Below, one piece after another: positions 1-13,823 of a DNA stretch of 64,000 bases. A program made the translations under genes and the position numbers. The DNA lies in contig JAGIQG010000043.1 in assembly GCA_024679065.1 (NCBI GenBank), forward strand, positions 1,426,001 through 1,490,000. The letters run 5' to 3'. The stretch's first letter is position 1. The number at the start of each line of letters is the position of its first letter. The notes beneath the pieces are model-generated. The model saw only the letters and a list, made by a program, of their open reading frames with translations, did not search any database and was not told the origin of the DNA. This DNA comes from Sphyrna mokarran. Its lineage: Eukaryota.

Positions 1-593
1 CAGGATCTAAAGGGATCAAGGATACGTGAGCAGGGTGAATTAGCATACTGATATTGATGGTCACAGCGAATGGTGGTGTAGCTCAAGGAATCAAATGGTC
101 TCATCCTGCCAATAATGTTTGCTTCTATCAAACATATTCATTGATATAACTGTTAATTTTACAATATCTGCAAGTGCTATTGATCAAGAATCAATCAACG
201 GATAGCTGGTGATTTCCTCATCCTTTCCAAGGAATGATGGATATTTTCTCCCAATGTTCAATTATCCGATGACATCCACGACTTAATTGGTATCAGTTAT
301 TCATTTGACGGATGTGATCTTAGTTGGTATGAATGTTGTTTCTCGACTATTTCGAATTTCCCTTGTGAAATTGGTATTGTGCTATCTCCTTGAACGAGGA
401 CAACGGGAGCTGGAGGTGTGGTGTCTTAGCAAAGCTTCGTTGACCAGCTTGGGAAGACATTTCGGAGAATTATTGAGAGTTTGGAGGCATATTGTAGTCA
501 GACAGTAGACAAGCAACGAATTTCAAAACAGAATAGGTGCAAGAGGAGGTTATTCGGCCCATAGAGCCAGTTACAGATGGAGTAACAGTTAGA

Positions 594-757
594 GCAGTTG
601 TAGATGCGCCAAGTTTGGTGGCGTTTAAGAGGTTAGTTGATAAGTATATGGAAGAGAAGGGAATGGTTTAGTTTGGAGGGGCATTGCTTTTTATATTGGT
701 CGGCGCAACATCGAAGGCCGAAGGGCCTGTTCTGTGCTGTAATGTTCTATGTTCTAT
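594..757 (+). mobile_element. CR1/HER1-like LINE subfamily A, 3' tip
   Basis: Encodes ...DKYMEEKGMV*, with a 3'UTR matching the other A copies and a (TTCTATG)n tail. Confidence 0.85.
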
Positions 758-965
758 TTAACAGCCAGCTATGCCTGTTGTTGAATTGAAATTAATGCCC
801 CATAGACATACACCCTGCTGCAGAATTAGTAAGAACTAAATCAAGTATATTCACATGATGCTGGACTTCAGCCTTCAGCACTTTTGTAAATTGAGCCTGT
901 GAATGTTGAACAATTCTACAATGCTTCTCGGGTTGGGACATTTCAGAAAACGTCTGTGGGGAAGA

Positions 966-1085
966 AGAGAGAGAGATAAATAGAGATAGATAGGCAGATA
1001 GATAGATAGATAGACAGACAGATAGACAGACAGACAGGCAGATAGACAGACAGACAGATAGATAGATGGATAGATAAAAGACAGA
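966..1085. repeat. (GA)n/(TAGA)n/(CAGA)n compound microsatellite abutting the gap
   Basis: Seen directly in the sequence. Confidence 0.95.
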
Positions 1086-1243
1086 NNNNNNNNNNNNNNN
1101 NNNNNNNNNNNNNNNNNNNNNNNNNNNNNNNNNNNNNNNNNNNNNNNNNNNNNNNNNNNNNNNNNNNNNNNNNNNNNNNNNNNNNNNNNNNNNNNNNNNN
1201 NNNNNNNNNNNNNNNNNNNNNNNNNNNNNNNNNNNNNNNNNNN
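1086..1243. other. Assembly gap (N run)
   Basis: Run of 158 N. Confidence 1.
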
Positions 1244-1813
1244 NTAGACACAGAGGCAGAGACTCAGGTTGAGACAGAGAATACCGTCTCCCACCAGCGT
1301 TGGCAGGAAGTAAGAAACGAAGCTAAAACTTGGAATGTTTTTCTATAACTCTCTGTCCCTAGCTACATGACAGAAAATGTCAACCACCTCCAATCAATCT
1401 CCATCCAGCAATCCAGGAGATATTGAAACCACATAATTATGCATCAGTTCAAATTAAAATCAACAATTGTTCCACAATCCTGCTGCAGACAACACGATGC
1501 TGAGAAATTGCCAGGAACTGCAAAGACATCTTGCTGAAAAAAAATACAACTAAAATATGTTTCGTAAAGACACAGTATCATCTGAGGATGGGCAATAACG
1601 TTGGCTTAGGCAGCCATGCCAAAAATTATAAATGAAATAAATTGAGACAAATAATCATGTAATCCCTCTTAATGTCAGAGCCGAGGGACAGTGAGGTAAA
1701 TAGTGAGAATAGCATTAACGAGGGCAATACGATTGGACAGCTGTTTCATTCTGAAAAGGAATAAGAATGATTGTATCAAATAATTTATGTCTCATATACT
1801 GTTTATTCTCCAG

Positions 1814-2113
1814 CTGGCTTACCCAAACCTTCCTTGATTCTGGATCCACATTCCGGAATCTTTCTACCAGGAGAAGATTATTCACTCATCTGCCACTTCC
1901 CCCTCACGCGCTGCAATGTGGAATTGTACAAAGATTTCAAGGTCAGAGTCTTGTCCTTGAATGATGCCAACTACACGGCCATCTTCAGGTTTAGTGCGAT
2001 TTCTTCTTCAAAAGGCCACAACACCTACACCTGCAAATATCAAAAATTCTACGAGAACAATATGACCTGGTCTTACTCACCGATCAGTGAACCGGTACTG
2101 TTCAGCGTGATGG
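1814..2113 (+). CDS. LRC-like receptor: C2-type Ig domain exon A
   Basis: Acceptor ttattctccag, donor ATGG|GTAAGG, 300 nt, phase 1-1. GLPKPSL..SLIC..ELYK..YTCKY..WSYSPISEPVLFSV matches the LILR/KIR/CHIR-type pattern (LPKP start, LYK instead of the C-strand Trp, SxxSxPV end). Confidence 0.88.
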
Positions 2114-2453
2114 GTAAGGCAAATTTACAGATAATCTGATTGCCAAAGCAACATTAAGAATTACTCCATGTAACCTCACAAAAGGCCATTCATCACTTTA
2201 TTCCTGTGTTGACCTCAAAGAACAAAACAGCACAGGAAATCGGCCCTTCAGCCCGATAAGCCCGCGCCGCCACATCGATGTTTCCACTTCTACCCATGAT
2301 CCTTGTCTATGTTTATAGATCTATGCATTGAAACCAAATTTGAGACAATTTAGGGAGAATTTGTTCTGCCACTCAGTGACAGTACTCTCCAATTAAGCTG
2401 AGGCATCAGACTCGTCATTCCTCTTGTCATTTTTTTTTCTATTTTTGCATACT

Positions 2454-3216
2454 CATAGAACATAGAACATAGAACAATACAGCACAGAACAGGCCCTTCG
2501 GCCTTCGATGTTGTGCCGACCAAAATAAAAGCAATGCCCCTCCAAACTAAACCATTCCCTTCTCTTCCATATACTTATCAACTAACCTCTTAAACGCCAA
2601 CAAACTTGGCGCATCTACAACAGCTGCAGGCAGGGCATTCCACTCCCTAATCACTCTTTGAGTAAAGAACCTACCTCTGATATCCGTCCTATAACTCATA
2701 CCCCTTTAATTTAAAGTTGTGTCCCCTCGTGCTAGCTTTTTCCATCCTAGGAAAAAGGCTATCACTGTCCACCCTATCCAAACCTCTAATTATCTTATAT
2801 GTTTCAATAAGATCCCCCCTTAGCCGCCTCCTTTCTAACGAAAACAACCTCAAATCCTTCAACCTCTCTTCATAGGACCTGCCCTCCATACCAGGCAACA
2901 TCCTAGTAAACCTCCTCTGTACCCTCTCCAATGCCTCCACATCTTTCTTATAATGTGGCGACCAGAACTGCACACAATACTACAAGTGCGGCCGCACTAG
3001 AGTTTTGTACAGCTGCAACATGATGCTGCGGCTCCTAAATTCAATCCCCCTACCAATAAAAGCTAAGACTCCATAAGCCCTCTTAACAACTTTATCCACT
3101 TGACTGCCTACTTTCAGGGATCTATTGACACATACACCAAGATCCTTCTGTTCCTCAACACTATTAAGAGCCCTACCATTAGCCCTATACTCTACACATT
3201 TATTGTTCCTGCCAAA
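2454..3216 (-). mobile_element. CR1 LINE subfamily A, 5'-truncated
   Basis: ORF2 C-terminus (VRPHL..QFWSPHYKKD..ERRRLRGDLIE) and a (CATAGAA)n tail. Confidence 0.9.
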
Positions 3217-5521
3217 ATATCCACTCTTTGACAATATTCCTATTGGATTTGCTTCCAGCATCATTTCAGACGAGGTGTTCCAACTGGCAATGCAAGCTGT
3301 GTTAAGAAGCAATGTTTCCAAATGAATCACCCATCTTATTTAATCAGCGTGAACCATAGAACCATTGAAAATTACAGCTCAGAAACAGGCGTCGTGGCCC
3401 TTCTTGTCTGTGCCGAACCATTTTTTGCCAAGTCCCACTGACGTGCACTTGAACCGGACCCTTCACACTCCTCTCATCCATGAACCCGTTCACGTTTTTC
3501 TGAAATGTTAAAAGTGACCCCGCATTTACTATTTATCCGACAGCTCATTCCACAGTCCCACCACTCTCTGCGTGAAGAAGCACCCCCTCCCCCAATATTC
3601 CCTTTAAACTTTTCTCCTTTCACTCAGTGGAAAAAGCCTGTTTGCATTCACTCTATCTATGCGCATCAAAACCTTATACACTTCTATCAAATCTCCCCTC
3701 ATTCTTCTACGCTCCAGGGAATAAAGTCCCAACCTATTCATTCTCTCTGTAACTCAGCTTCTCAACTCACAGTAACATCCTTGTGAACCTTCTCTGCACA
3801 CTTCCAATCTTATTAACATCCTTCCTGTAACTAGGTGACCAAAACTGTACACAATACTCTAAATTCAGCCTCACCAGTGCCTTCTATAACCGTACCATAA
3901 CACTCCAACTTTTAGAGTCGATGCTCCGATTTATAAAGGCCAATGTACCAAAAGCATTCTTTATGACGCTACCAACCTGTGAGTTCATTTTTAGAGAATT
4001 CTGTACCTATCCCTTTGTTCAACTGCACTCTTCAGAGTCCTACCATTTAGCCCCTGTATGTTCTACTTTGGTTTGCCCTATCAAAATGCAGTATCTGCGT
4101 TACCCTACGTACCCGTCTGTTTCCTGGCAATCGTATCACTTGTAGTGGAGCCCTCATTGCCGCCATTTTGAAAGGCTTGATTTAATGGGGTGACACCGTG
4201 ACACAGTGTCAGGGCCCCATTTTCTGTTCTCGATTAGGCACTGCCTGAGCGGAATCAGCACGCTCTCCCCGTTTTTCGCTTGTGCTTTCTCTGAGTTCTC
4301 TTGTTTGCATGTACAGTCCGAGAGATGTGCTGGTTAGATCCATTGGTCATGTTAAATATTCTCTCAAAGTAGCCAAATAGATACTACAGTGTGAGGATTA
4401 TGGGATTTTCACAAGAACTTTATTGCAGTGTTCATGTAAGTCTACTTGCCATAATAACTACTTTTTAGTTAACTTGATCCCTTCCCCACTTTTAGATGGA
4501 TTCTAAGTAGGGAAACGCTATCATTTTTCATATCTCAGTTCACTGTGACCGGGGAGCAAGACAGACAGAGAGAAAACATACTTATAAAGCAGGGGTATAT
4601 CTGTCAGCATAGGTGTAACAGGCAGTGCAATTTGCAAACCCACTATCAAAATTTGTATGGAATAGCTAATACTTTTGACAAGATGTCAACATTTTTTGTG
4701 ATCACTATTGAAGAGAAACTCAAACTGATATGTCATATAAACACATTGGCTACAGTAGTAGGATAGAGACTAGGAATACTACGGTAAGCAACTCACTCCT
4801 GAATCCACAAACACTATCGTTATCTACGAGACACAACTCAGGAATATGATGGAATACCACCCATTTGCCTGGATGGGTGCAGCTCCAACAACACTCAAGA
4901 AACATCCAGATAATAACAGACTGCTTGATTGACACCACATTCAGAAACATCCACATCTCCATCACTGAAGCACAGTAGTAGCTGTGTGCGCTATCTAAAG
5001 ATGCAATGCAGTAATTCAACAAAGATCCTTAGACAGCGCCTTCCAGCCATACAACAACTTTCATCAAGAAAAGCAAGGGACAGCTGATACTTTGGAACAC
5101 AAACAGGTGTAAGTCCCCCTCCAAGAACTAATCATCCTAACGTCGAAAGCTACAGCTCTTCCTTCGCAGTTGCAGTATAAATATCCTGGAATTACGTCCT
5201 TAAGGATGTAAGGAATTAAGACTGCAAATTTTAAGAAGGCAGTTCACTACGATCTTCTCAAGGGCAACTAAGAATGGAAAATAAACGATGCCCATGAATG
5301 CAAAATAACATTAGCTCATGGTCGTTGCACAGAAGGTGAACGATTGCAATTTCCAGAGAGTTTAGCCTTGCAATGCCGGCAGAGCTCTGAGCTCAATTCA
5401 AGGCAGGTCAATTTCAGATCAGGATTGCCTACTTATGCTTCAGGTCATGGTCCTCCCCTATCAAACCTTCCTCATGCTCACATAAGTGACTCATCTGTCC
5501 CTTGTGTTCTATCTGTTACGA

Positions 5522-5814
5522 ATGAACTTCCCATGTCCGCTCTCTCAACAGTGTTAGCCTCCAGTGTGCAAACAGTGGGGGAGCGATTTCACATTAACTG
5601 CACTACCAGTTACCCGAGTTACATATCCTGTTTGTACAAGAAGTGGACGTGCTATTGATACCTACAAAGTCTCAGACCCCTGAGGACCGTCATCTTCACC
5701 ATTCAAGAGCTCGTCCAATGGATGGTGGAGCCTACCGCTGCAGTGTTATGAAAGAGGTGTTAGGGAAAGAATGTGTGTTGCCCTATAGTAACTTCGTGAA
5801 GTTCAATGTCACCA
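5522..5814 (+). pseudogene. Decayed duplicate of Ig exon B (pseudo-exon)
   Basis: ELPMSALSTV..VGERFHINCTTSYPS / AIDTYKVSD / RTVIFTIQEL / DGGAYRC..SNFVKFNVT aligns with exon 12580-12876. It needs about three frameshifts, the acceptor AG is lost (ttacga) and the donor is weakened (GTGAAT). Confidence 0.85.
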
Positions 5815-7694
5815 GTGAATGATATGTCATTTCATTAATCATTGCCCCATTATTCTCGACGGAGTCCAAACTCTCGAGAAGGCATTCTCCACCCTTAAAC
5901 TATTGGTCAAATTTGGACCGTACTTTAACGGTCTTTGTTTTCACCCTGGAGTCATTAACCATTGCGTTTATATATGGGAAATAGGAATCAGGAGTAAGAA
6001 TAGGTCCATTGTTCTCTCAAACGGACACCAACATTGAATGAGAATCTTACTGATTAGTTTGTAAGTTCAACTCTACGGTGGCACAGTGCTCAGTACTTGG
6101 TCCAGTATTAGGGATGGGCCAATGTCTTCGTGGAGTCTGCACGCTGTCCCCCGGATGTTCCAGTTTCCCTTCAAAAAATAGGTGCTAGTACGGTGCATTT
6201 GCTAAATTCTCTTTCAGTGTACCTGAACAGGTGCTAGAGCATGGCGACTGTAGGATTTTCACAGTAATTTTATTCCAGTGCTAATGGAAGTCTACATGTG
6301 ATTCTAATGCTTAAACGTTAAACATAGACCCCTGATTCCCGTTTTCGCCTCTGAATTTTTCACCTCTTTTTCAGAAATGCAACTAGCTCTGCATTGAACA
6401 CGTTAAAAGATTAAATATTTTACTGTACCCTAATTACCGTAAGCACTGCATTTTGAGGAAGAGAGGTATAAAAATTAATAACTCTCTTGAAAGAATGAGT
6501 GTGATGACTCCCATGACTTGCATGCAGAATTGCTAATTAACCTCCCTGTCGGAATCCATACACTTAACTTCCCTGGGATTGGTAACTAACCAACCAGGTG
6601 AAGCTCGTATTCCGAGCTCTGTTTAAAGCAAGAGTTTAGAGGGTCAATTATTGCACCGTCATGGTTGGGATCAGTTGTGTTCACCACGGGATCGTGTAGG
6701 TTTTTTAGGCTTAACGTATCTTGTGCAATAAAAAAAAACACTTTTCGCTAAAGGACGACTCCTGGAGTTAATAAACATCAGCAACAAAAAAAACTTTCTT
6801 TGTCTACAAATGCCCACAGTTTATTTATAATATTCGCCTCCTAGTTCTGCATTTTCCCAGAAGTGGGATCAACCTTTCGACATATACTGAGTCACAAATT
6901 TACAAGATCTAACAGCTATGAATAGTCACGTTTTGGCACATCGTGTGCAATGTTACATCTGTACTTATGCCCTTTAGATCTTATCTCAGTTATGTGAACC
7001 GTTTCAAAGTTTTTTTTTTGAATAGTTATATGCTATACCGGGGTTCAATTCCCGGCTTGAGTCATTACCTGTGTGGTGTTGGCACTATTTCCCCGTGTCT
7101 GTGTGGGTTACCTCCGTATATTCCGGTTGCTTTCCAGGTGTGAAAGATGTGCAGGTTAGGCGTGCTGACCATGTTGAAATGCTCCCTCAGTTTACGAGGA
7201 CAGGTGCTGAATTATGGCGGAATAGATGATTTTCACATTATCTTCATTGTACTGTTAATGTAAGCCTACTTGTAGCACGAATAAAGCAACCTTAAATGTA
7301 CATCATGTGATCGTTCACTACTGTCTTTTGGGAATGAAATCTGTCGTCATTACAAGGACTTCCCTACATATCAGTCCAGTCAACAGAAATGTGACAGACC
7401 CTGAACTTCCCTCAGGCAACTAAGATGGACAATGATTGCTGGCCAGCCTGTGACGTCTATGTCCCATGAACGATGATTAAAAACAATCAGCGGTGAATAA
7501 TTATGTCTACAACGTTGACCAGCAAAGAAATCGCCAGGAGTGCTTCCCGCTCTTGTACTCTCGGCACATTTGCCTCTGAGCAAATACGCATGCCTGGGAA
7601 GAAATGACACAATGCAAGTCTGATTTCAAGTGTTTTGTGTGTGATTCGATGAGTAGACTGAACCTATATTCTCTGGAATTCGAAACCAGGAGAG

Positions 7695-8298
7695 ATTTCA
7701 TTAATCGAGGGATTGAGTTTGGGAGTCGGGAAGTAATACTACAAATTTATAAGACCCTTGTCAGACCCCACTTGGAGTACTGTGCGCAGTTCTGGTCGCC
7801 TCACTACAGGAAGGATATGGAAGCTATTGACGGGGTGCAGAGGTGATTTACAAGGATGTTGTCTGGATTGGGAGGCATGTCTTATGTAAATAGATTGGGA
7901 GAGCTAGGTCTCTTCTCACTGGAGAAAGGAAGGTTGAGAGGCGACCTGATAGAGATTTATAAAATGTTGAGAGGAATAGATAGGATAGATTCTCGGAGGC
8001 TATTTCTCAGGACTGAAATGGTCGCTACGAGAGGACTCAGGTTTAAGGTGCTGGGGAGCAAGTACAGAAGAGATGTTAGGGGTACACTTTTCACTCAGAG
8101 AGTGATGAGTGAGTGGAATCGGCTGCCGTCGGAGGTGGTAGAGGCGAACCCGCTAAGGTCTTTTTAAAAGACTTCTGGGTCAGTACATGAGATTTCGTGG
8201 GATTTGGAGTTATAGATAGTTTAATAGCCTGGTAGGTATAGATATGATCGGCGCAACGTGTGGGCCGAAGGGCTGTAGTGTTCTATGTTCTATGTTCT
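7695..8298 (+). mobile_element. CR1 LINE subfamily C, 5'-truncated
   Basis: RGIEFGSREVILQIYKTLVRPHLEYC.. with an in-frame stop, a distinct 3'UTR and a (TTCTATG)n tail. Confidence 0.85.
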
Positions 8299-9228
8299 AT
8301 TTGGTAATTTCACGCAGGTAATTCAGTGTATTCGTTGTTGATAGTGATCGATGCAGTGAGGCATTTTGCTTCCTTGTCCTCTTTACCTGGGCGATGAGTA
8401 CCCAGCAAAGGGCAGTAGGTGCAAGAGTTCCCAGTCTCAGATTAACTGGACAGTCATTTCGTACTGAGACAAATAGTGTCGATATTCCTCACACCTGCCA
8501 CCTTATTGTTCTGTGCACACTCCCTAGGTAAATTGTCCTTTGCTTCCTGTTTTTAATGATACATTTTAGTAAGAGTTCTCTGTTGCGTATTATTTTCCTT
8601 ATTTATTCATGGGAGATGTATTTCGCTGGCTCACCAAGATTTATTGTCCATCCCCAGCTGTCTTTCAACTGAATGGCTTGCAAAGCAAATTCAGAGGGTA
8701 GTTCAGAGTTAACAATATTGCTGTGGCTTTGGCATCACATGTTGGCCAAATCAGATAAAGAAGGCAGATTTTGTTCCCATAAGGCCATTAGCAAACCAGA
8801 TGTGCTTTTTCAACAACCAACAATGTTCATTCGCAGACTCTTAATTCTAGATATACGTTCATGGAATTCAAATTCCACTATCTGCCGCGTCAGGATTTGA
8901 CCTTGGGCCCCAGAATATTAGTTGAGTTAACGTAGAACATAGAAGACTACAGCACAAACAGGCCATTCGGCCCTCAAGTTGTGCCGATCATATCCAGGCC
9001 ATAGAATTATCTGTAATTCCCAATCACATTAAATCCCATGTATTCATTCAGAAGCCTTAAAAAAAACAGCGAGTTCCCCTCTATTACCACCGATGGCAGC
9101 TGATTCCACTCACTCATCACTCTCTGAGTGAAAACCTTACTCTTAACATTTCCTCTGTACTTGCTCCAAAGCAGCTTAAATCTGTGTCCTCTCGTGGCAA
9201 ACATTTCAACCCTGGGAAATAGCCTCTA

Positions 9229-11577
9229 TAGGCCAACTAGAGGTGAGGCTACATTGGATTTGGTGCTGGGCAATGAGCCAGACCAGGTGTTAGGCTTGGA
9301 AGTTGGTGAACATTTTGGTGATAGTGACCACAATTCGGTTACGTTCACCTTAGTGATGGATAGGTATAGGCATGAAGCTGGGGGCAGTAGTTATAGCTGG
9401 GGGAAGGGTAATTATGAGGCCATCAGGAGAGAATTAGGGTGCATAGATTGGACTAGGAAGCTACAGGGACTGGGAACATCTGGAATGTGGAGCTTATTTA
9501 AGGAGCAGCTGCTGCGGGTCCTTGATAAGTATGTCCCTGTCAGGCAAGGAGGAAATGGTCGAGTAAGAGAACCTTGGTGTACGAAAAAAGTTGATTGGCT
9601 GGTTAAAAGGAAAAAGGAGGCTTATGTCAGGATGAGGCTTGAAGGCTCGGTTAGTGCAATGGATAGCTATAGATTAGCCAGGAGGGAGCGAAAGAGTGAG
9701 TTGAGGAGAGCTAAGAGGGAACACGAGAAGACTTTGGCTGATAGGATTAAGGAGAATCCTAAAGCTTTCTTTAGATATGTTAAGAATAGAAGATTGGTTA
9801 GGGCAAGATTAGGGCCAGTCATAGACAGCAGTGGGAAGTTGTGCGTGGAGCCTGAGGAGATTGGCGAGGTACTGAATAAATATTTCTCTTCGGTATTCAC
9901 GCAGGGTGATGTAAATGTAGTTATGGAGAACACTGAGGTACAGGGTAGCAAACTGGAAGGTATCGAAGTAAATAGGGAGGATGTGCTAGATATTCTCGAG
10001 GGTTTGAAGTTGGATAAGTCCCCTGGGCCGGACGGGATTTACCCTAGGATTCTCTGGGAGGCAAGAGAGGAGATTGCAGAGCCTCTGGCTCTGATCTTCA
10101 GGTCGTCGTTGGGTACGGGTGTGGTTCCGGAGGACTGGAGGATAGCGAATGTGGTCCCATTGTTCAAGAAGGGGAAGAGAGACCTTCCAGGGAATTATAG
10201 GCCAGTGAGTCTTACTTCTGTTGTGGACAAAGTATTGGAGAGAATTATTAGGGATAGGATTTATAGTTATTTCGAGAGAAATGAATTGATTGGGGATAGT
10301 CAGCATGGTTTTGTGAAGGGTAGGTCGTGCCTTACTAACCTCATTGAGTTTTTTGAAAAAGTGACTAAGGAGGTGGATGGGGTAAGGCGGTTGATGTGGT
10401 ATATATGGACTTTAGTAAGGCGTTTGATAAAGTGGCCCATGGAAGACTTCTGCAGAAAATGCAGATATATGGGATAGAAGGTGATTTAGCTAATTGGGTT
10501 AGGAATTGGCTAGCAGATAGAAGACAGAGGGTGGTGGTTGATGGGAGATATTCATCTTGGAGTTCGGTGACAAGTGGTGTACCTCAGGGGTCTGTTTTGG
10601 GGCCCCTGCTGTTTTGTAATTTTTATAAATGATCTGGATGAGGGTATTGAAGGATGGATTAGTAAATTTGCAGATGACACTAAAGTCGGTGGAGTGGTAC
10701 ATAGTGAAGAGGGGTGTTATAGTTTGCAGAGGGACTTGGACAAGTTGCAGAGCTGGGCCGAGAGGTGGCAAATGGAGTTTAAATGTGGAAAAGTGTGAGG
10801 TAATGCACTATGGCAGAAATAATAAATGTGTAGAGTATAGGGCAAATTGTAGGATTCTTAGTAGTCTAGATGAACAGAGGGATCTTGGTGTGTATGTGCA
10901 TAGATCCCTGAAAGTAGGCAGTCAGGTCGAGAAGGTTGTTAGGAAGGCATATGGAGTCTTGGCTTTTATTGGTAGAGGGATTGAATTTCGGAGCCCCAAC
11001 GTCATGTTGCAACTGTACAAAACTCTAGTGCGGCCGCACTTGGATTATTGTGTGCAGTTCTGGTCCCCACATTATAAGAAAGATGTGGAGGCATTGGAGA
11101 GGGTACAGAGGAGGTTTACCAGGATGTTGCCTGGTATGGAGGGCAGGTCTTATGAGAAGAGGCTGAGGGATTTGAGGTTGTTTTCGTTAGAAAGAAGGCG
11201 GCTAAGAGGAGACCTTATTGAAACATATAAGATTATTAGAGGTTTAGATAGGGTGGACAGTGATAGCCTTTTTCCTAGGATGGAGAAAGCTAGCACGAGG
11301 GGGCAGAGCTTTAAATTCAGGGGTGATTGTTATAGGACGGATATCAGAGGCAGGTTCTTTACCCAAAGGGTGGTTCGCGAGTGGAATGCCCTTCTTGCAG
11401 CAGTTGTAGATGCGCCAAGTTTGGTGGCGTTTAAGAGGTTAGTTGATAAGTATATGGAAGAGAAGGGAATGGTTTAGTTTGGAGGGGCATTGCTTTTTAT
11501 ATTGGTCGGCGCAACATCGAAGGCCAAAGGGCCTGTTCTGTGCTGTAATGTTCTATGTTCTATGTTCTATGTTCTAT
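9229..11577 (+). mobile_element. CR1 LINE subfamily A, longest copy (end of endonuclease region plus RT), frameshifted; nested in a - strand subfamily C copy (~8930-9228 and ~11578-11815)
   Basis: ORF2 motifs TLDLVL, SDH, KSPGPDG, NYRPVSLT, DFSKAFD, GVPQGSVLGP and FADD. The host element resumes on both sides. Confidence 0.95.
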
Positions 11578-12579
11578 CTATTCCTTTCAACATTTTATAA
11601 ACCTCTCTCAGGTCGCCTCTCAAGCTTCGTCTCTCCCGGGAGAAGAGACCTCTCTCCTTCAACCTATCTTCATAAGGCATACCTCCCAATCCATTCAACA
11701 TCCTTGTAAATTTCCCCTGCACCCTCTCAATAGCTTCCACATCTTTCCTGTAGTAAGGTGACCAGAACTGTGCACAGTAATCCAAGTGGGATCTAACAAG
11801 GCTCTTATAAAGTTTCTGATGAATATTTGAGTGAGAATGCTATTTGGCCAGTGTCTCCCCATTCCAGTGGCTAATACTAATGCCTCACAACGCTATCGAC
11901 CCAGTCTCAATTCTCGGTCTAGACGATAGTTTGTGCGGAGTGAGAACGTTTTCCCCGTGTCTGCATGGGTCCCATTTGCTCTTCCATGGTCCAAAAGATG
12001 TGCTAGTCACGTGTATTGGCGATCCTAAATTCGTCCTCACTGCACCGGAACGGGTGCCAGAGTGTTGCCAATCAAGATGTTCACCGTCACTTTACTTCAC
12101 TGTTAATGTGGGTCATGCGAGCGCTCTTGGATTTTGCTTCGAGAGTTGGCTAGTGCTTCACGTCCTTAGTGTACGCTTAAACTGGGCCAGCTGATGGGCA
12201 ACATGACAGCTCAGAGACTATTAGTTTGCTGTGCAGAGACATGGGTTTGGGCCAGTGTTTGTGGGAGTTTGCACATTCTCCACGTGCTTGCATGGCTTTC
12301 CTCCCATACCCCAAAAAGGTGATTGGTGTTAACAAATTGTCCCTAATTAAGGCGTCCCTCAATCTGGCTATAATTTTCTAAATTTGTCCCCCTCTATTGT
12401 GAAGTCCAATAGTTGTAGACAAAGGTCATAAGTAGAAGAGGGCACTCACTGAATGTTAAATGGCGGCGCGGGATAATAGGGTCGAAGAGCCTGTTTCCTG
12501 TGTTGTGTTGTTCTTTGTTCTTTGTAAGCCTATTTCTGCCACTAATAAATAACTTATTGGTGTGTTCCACTCATTCCAG

Positions 12580-12876
12580 ATGAGCTGCCAAAACCCACCA
12601 TCTCTATCGTGCCAGCGTCTGGTGTGTTGTCAGTGGGGGAGAAAGTCTACATTAACTGTACCAGCAACTACCCAAGCGACGTTGCCCACTTATATCAGGA
12701 TCAAGGGCCTGCCATCTACACCCGTAACATGTCAGACACTGAGAGGACAGTCATATTTACTATCAAAGAGCTGGCACCAAATGATGGAGGAGCCTTCAGT
12801 TGCACCTTTTTGAAAACTGTAAAAGGGAAGAAATATGAGTCGCCCCATAGTAACATTGTGACCTTCAACGTCACCG
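12580..12876 (+). CDS. LRC-like receptor: C2-type Ig domain exon B
   Basis: Acceptor cactcattccag, donor ACCG|GTGAGT, 297 nt, phase 1-1. Translation ELPKPTISIVP..VYINC..HLYQ..DGGAFSC..ESPHSNIVTFNVT. Confidence 0.9.
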
Positions 12877-13823
12877 GTGAGTGAGATATCTTTGAATGTC
12901 AAAATCAAGCATTTGGAGATCGTATATCTACTTGAATACTGTTTGCTACACTGTTATATATCTGGCCCTTCCATCCAGATATTTATTTTTCCACCCTCAT
13001 ATCATGAATGTGAAGAAGCTGCTCAGAGTTTAGGAGTACTAAGGACAATAACAGTTGAGTAATGAGTACAGTTGAATACTCCCCACTTGCCTGGATGGCT
13101 ACAGCTCCAACAACACTCAAGAAGCTCGAAACCATCCAGTAGAAAATATTCAGTTTGATATGCACCACACCCACAAACAGCCACTCCCTCCACCAGTGAA
13201 GTGCAGTAGAAGCAGTGTGTACCAGCGACAGGATGCACTGCAGCAATTCACCAAAGTTCCTTCGACACACCCTTGAAACCCACGACCACTTCCATACAGA
13301 AGGGCAGGGACAGTAGATACATAGAAAAATCATAGAAATCCTACAGTGCAGAAAGAGGCCATTCAGTCCATCGAGTGTTCCACCCAGGCAATAATCTCAC
13401 ATATGCTCCTTCCTCTAATCTATGCACCGCGAAACATTGGGGCACAACTTAGCATGGCAAATGTACAGAACTCACACATCGTTGGATTGTGGGAGGATAC
13501 CTGACCACCTGGAAGAAACCCACACAAAGGAAGAATGTGCAAACTTCTTACAGGCAGTGACCCAAGCTGCGAATTGAGCTCGTTTCCCTGGAGGCAGTAG
13601 TGTTATCCACCGTGGTATCCAAACATATACGTGAACAACACCACCTGCAAGTTTCCTTCCAAGCCACTCAACATGCTGACACGGAAACATATTACTCTTC
13701 CTTCACAGCAGCTGAGTCAAAAGTCTGGAATTCTGATCCCCAGTAGAATTGTGAATCAATCTGCAGCACGGGGATTGCAGCATTCCAAGAAGGTAGCTCA
13801 CCACCACGTTCACAAGAGCAGGT

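Noticed and set aside
875-1294. ORFs spanning 875-1294
   Set aside because: Artefacts of the N gap and the microsatellite.
1298-1309. Possible 12-nt phase-1 leader mini-exon (ccaccag|CGTTGGCAGGAA|gtaaga) for the LRC-like gene
   Set aside because: Split leaders are typical of LRC/FcR genes, but 12 nt is too short to distinguish from chance without transcripts.
9128-11477. 449-aa and 282-aa ORFs as an active retroelement or host gene
   Set aside because: This is a 5'-truncated, frameshifted CR1 ORF2 whose apparent N-terminus comes from the antisense host LINE.
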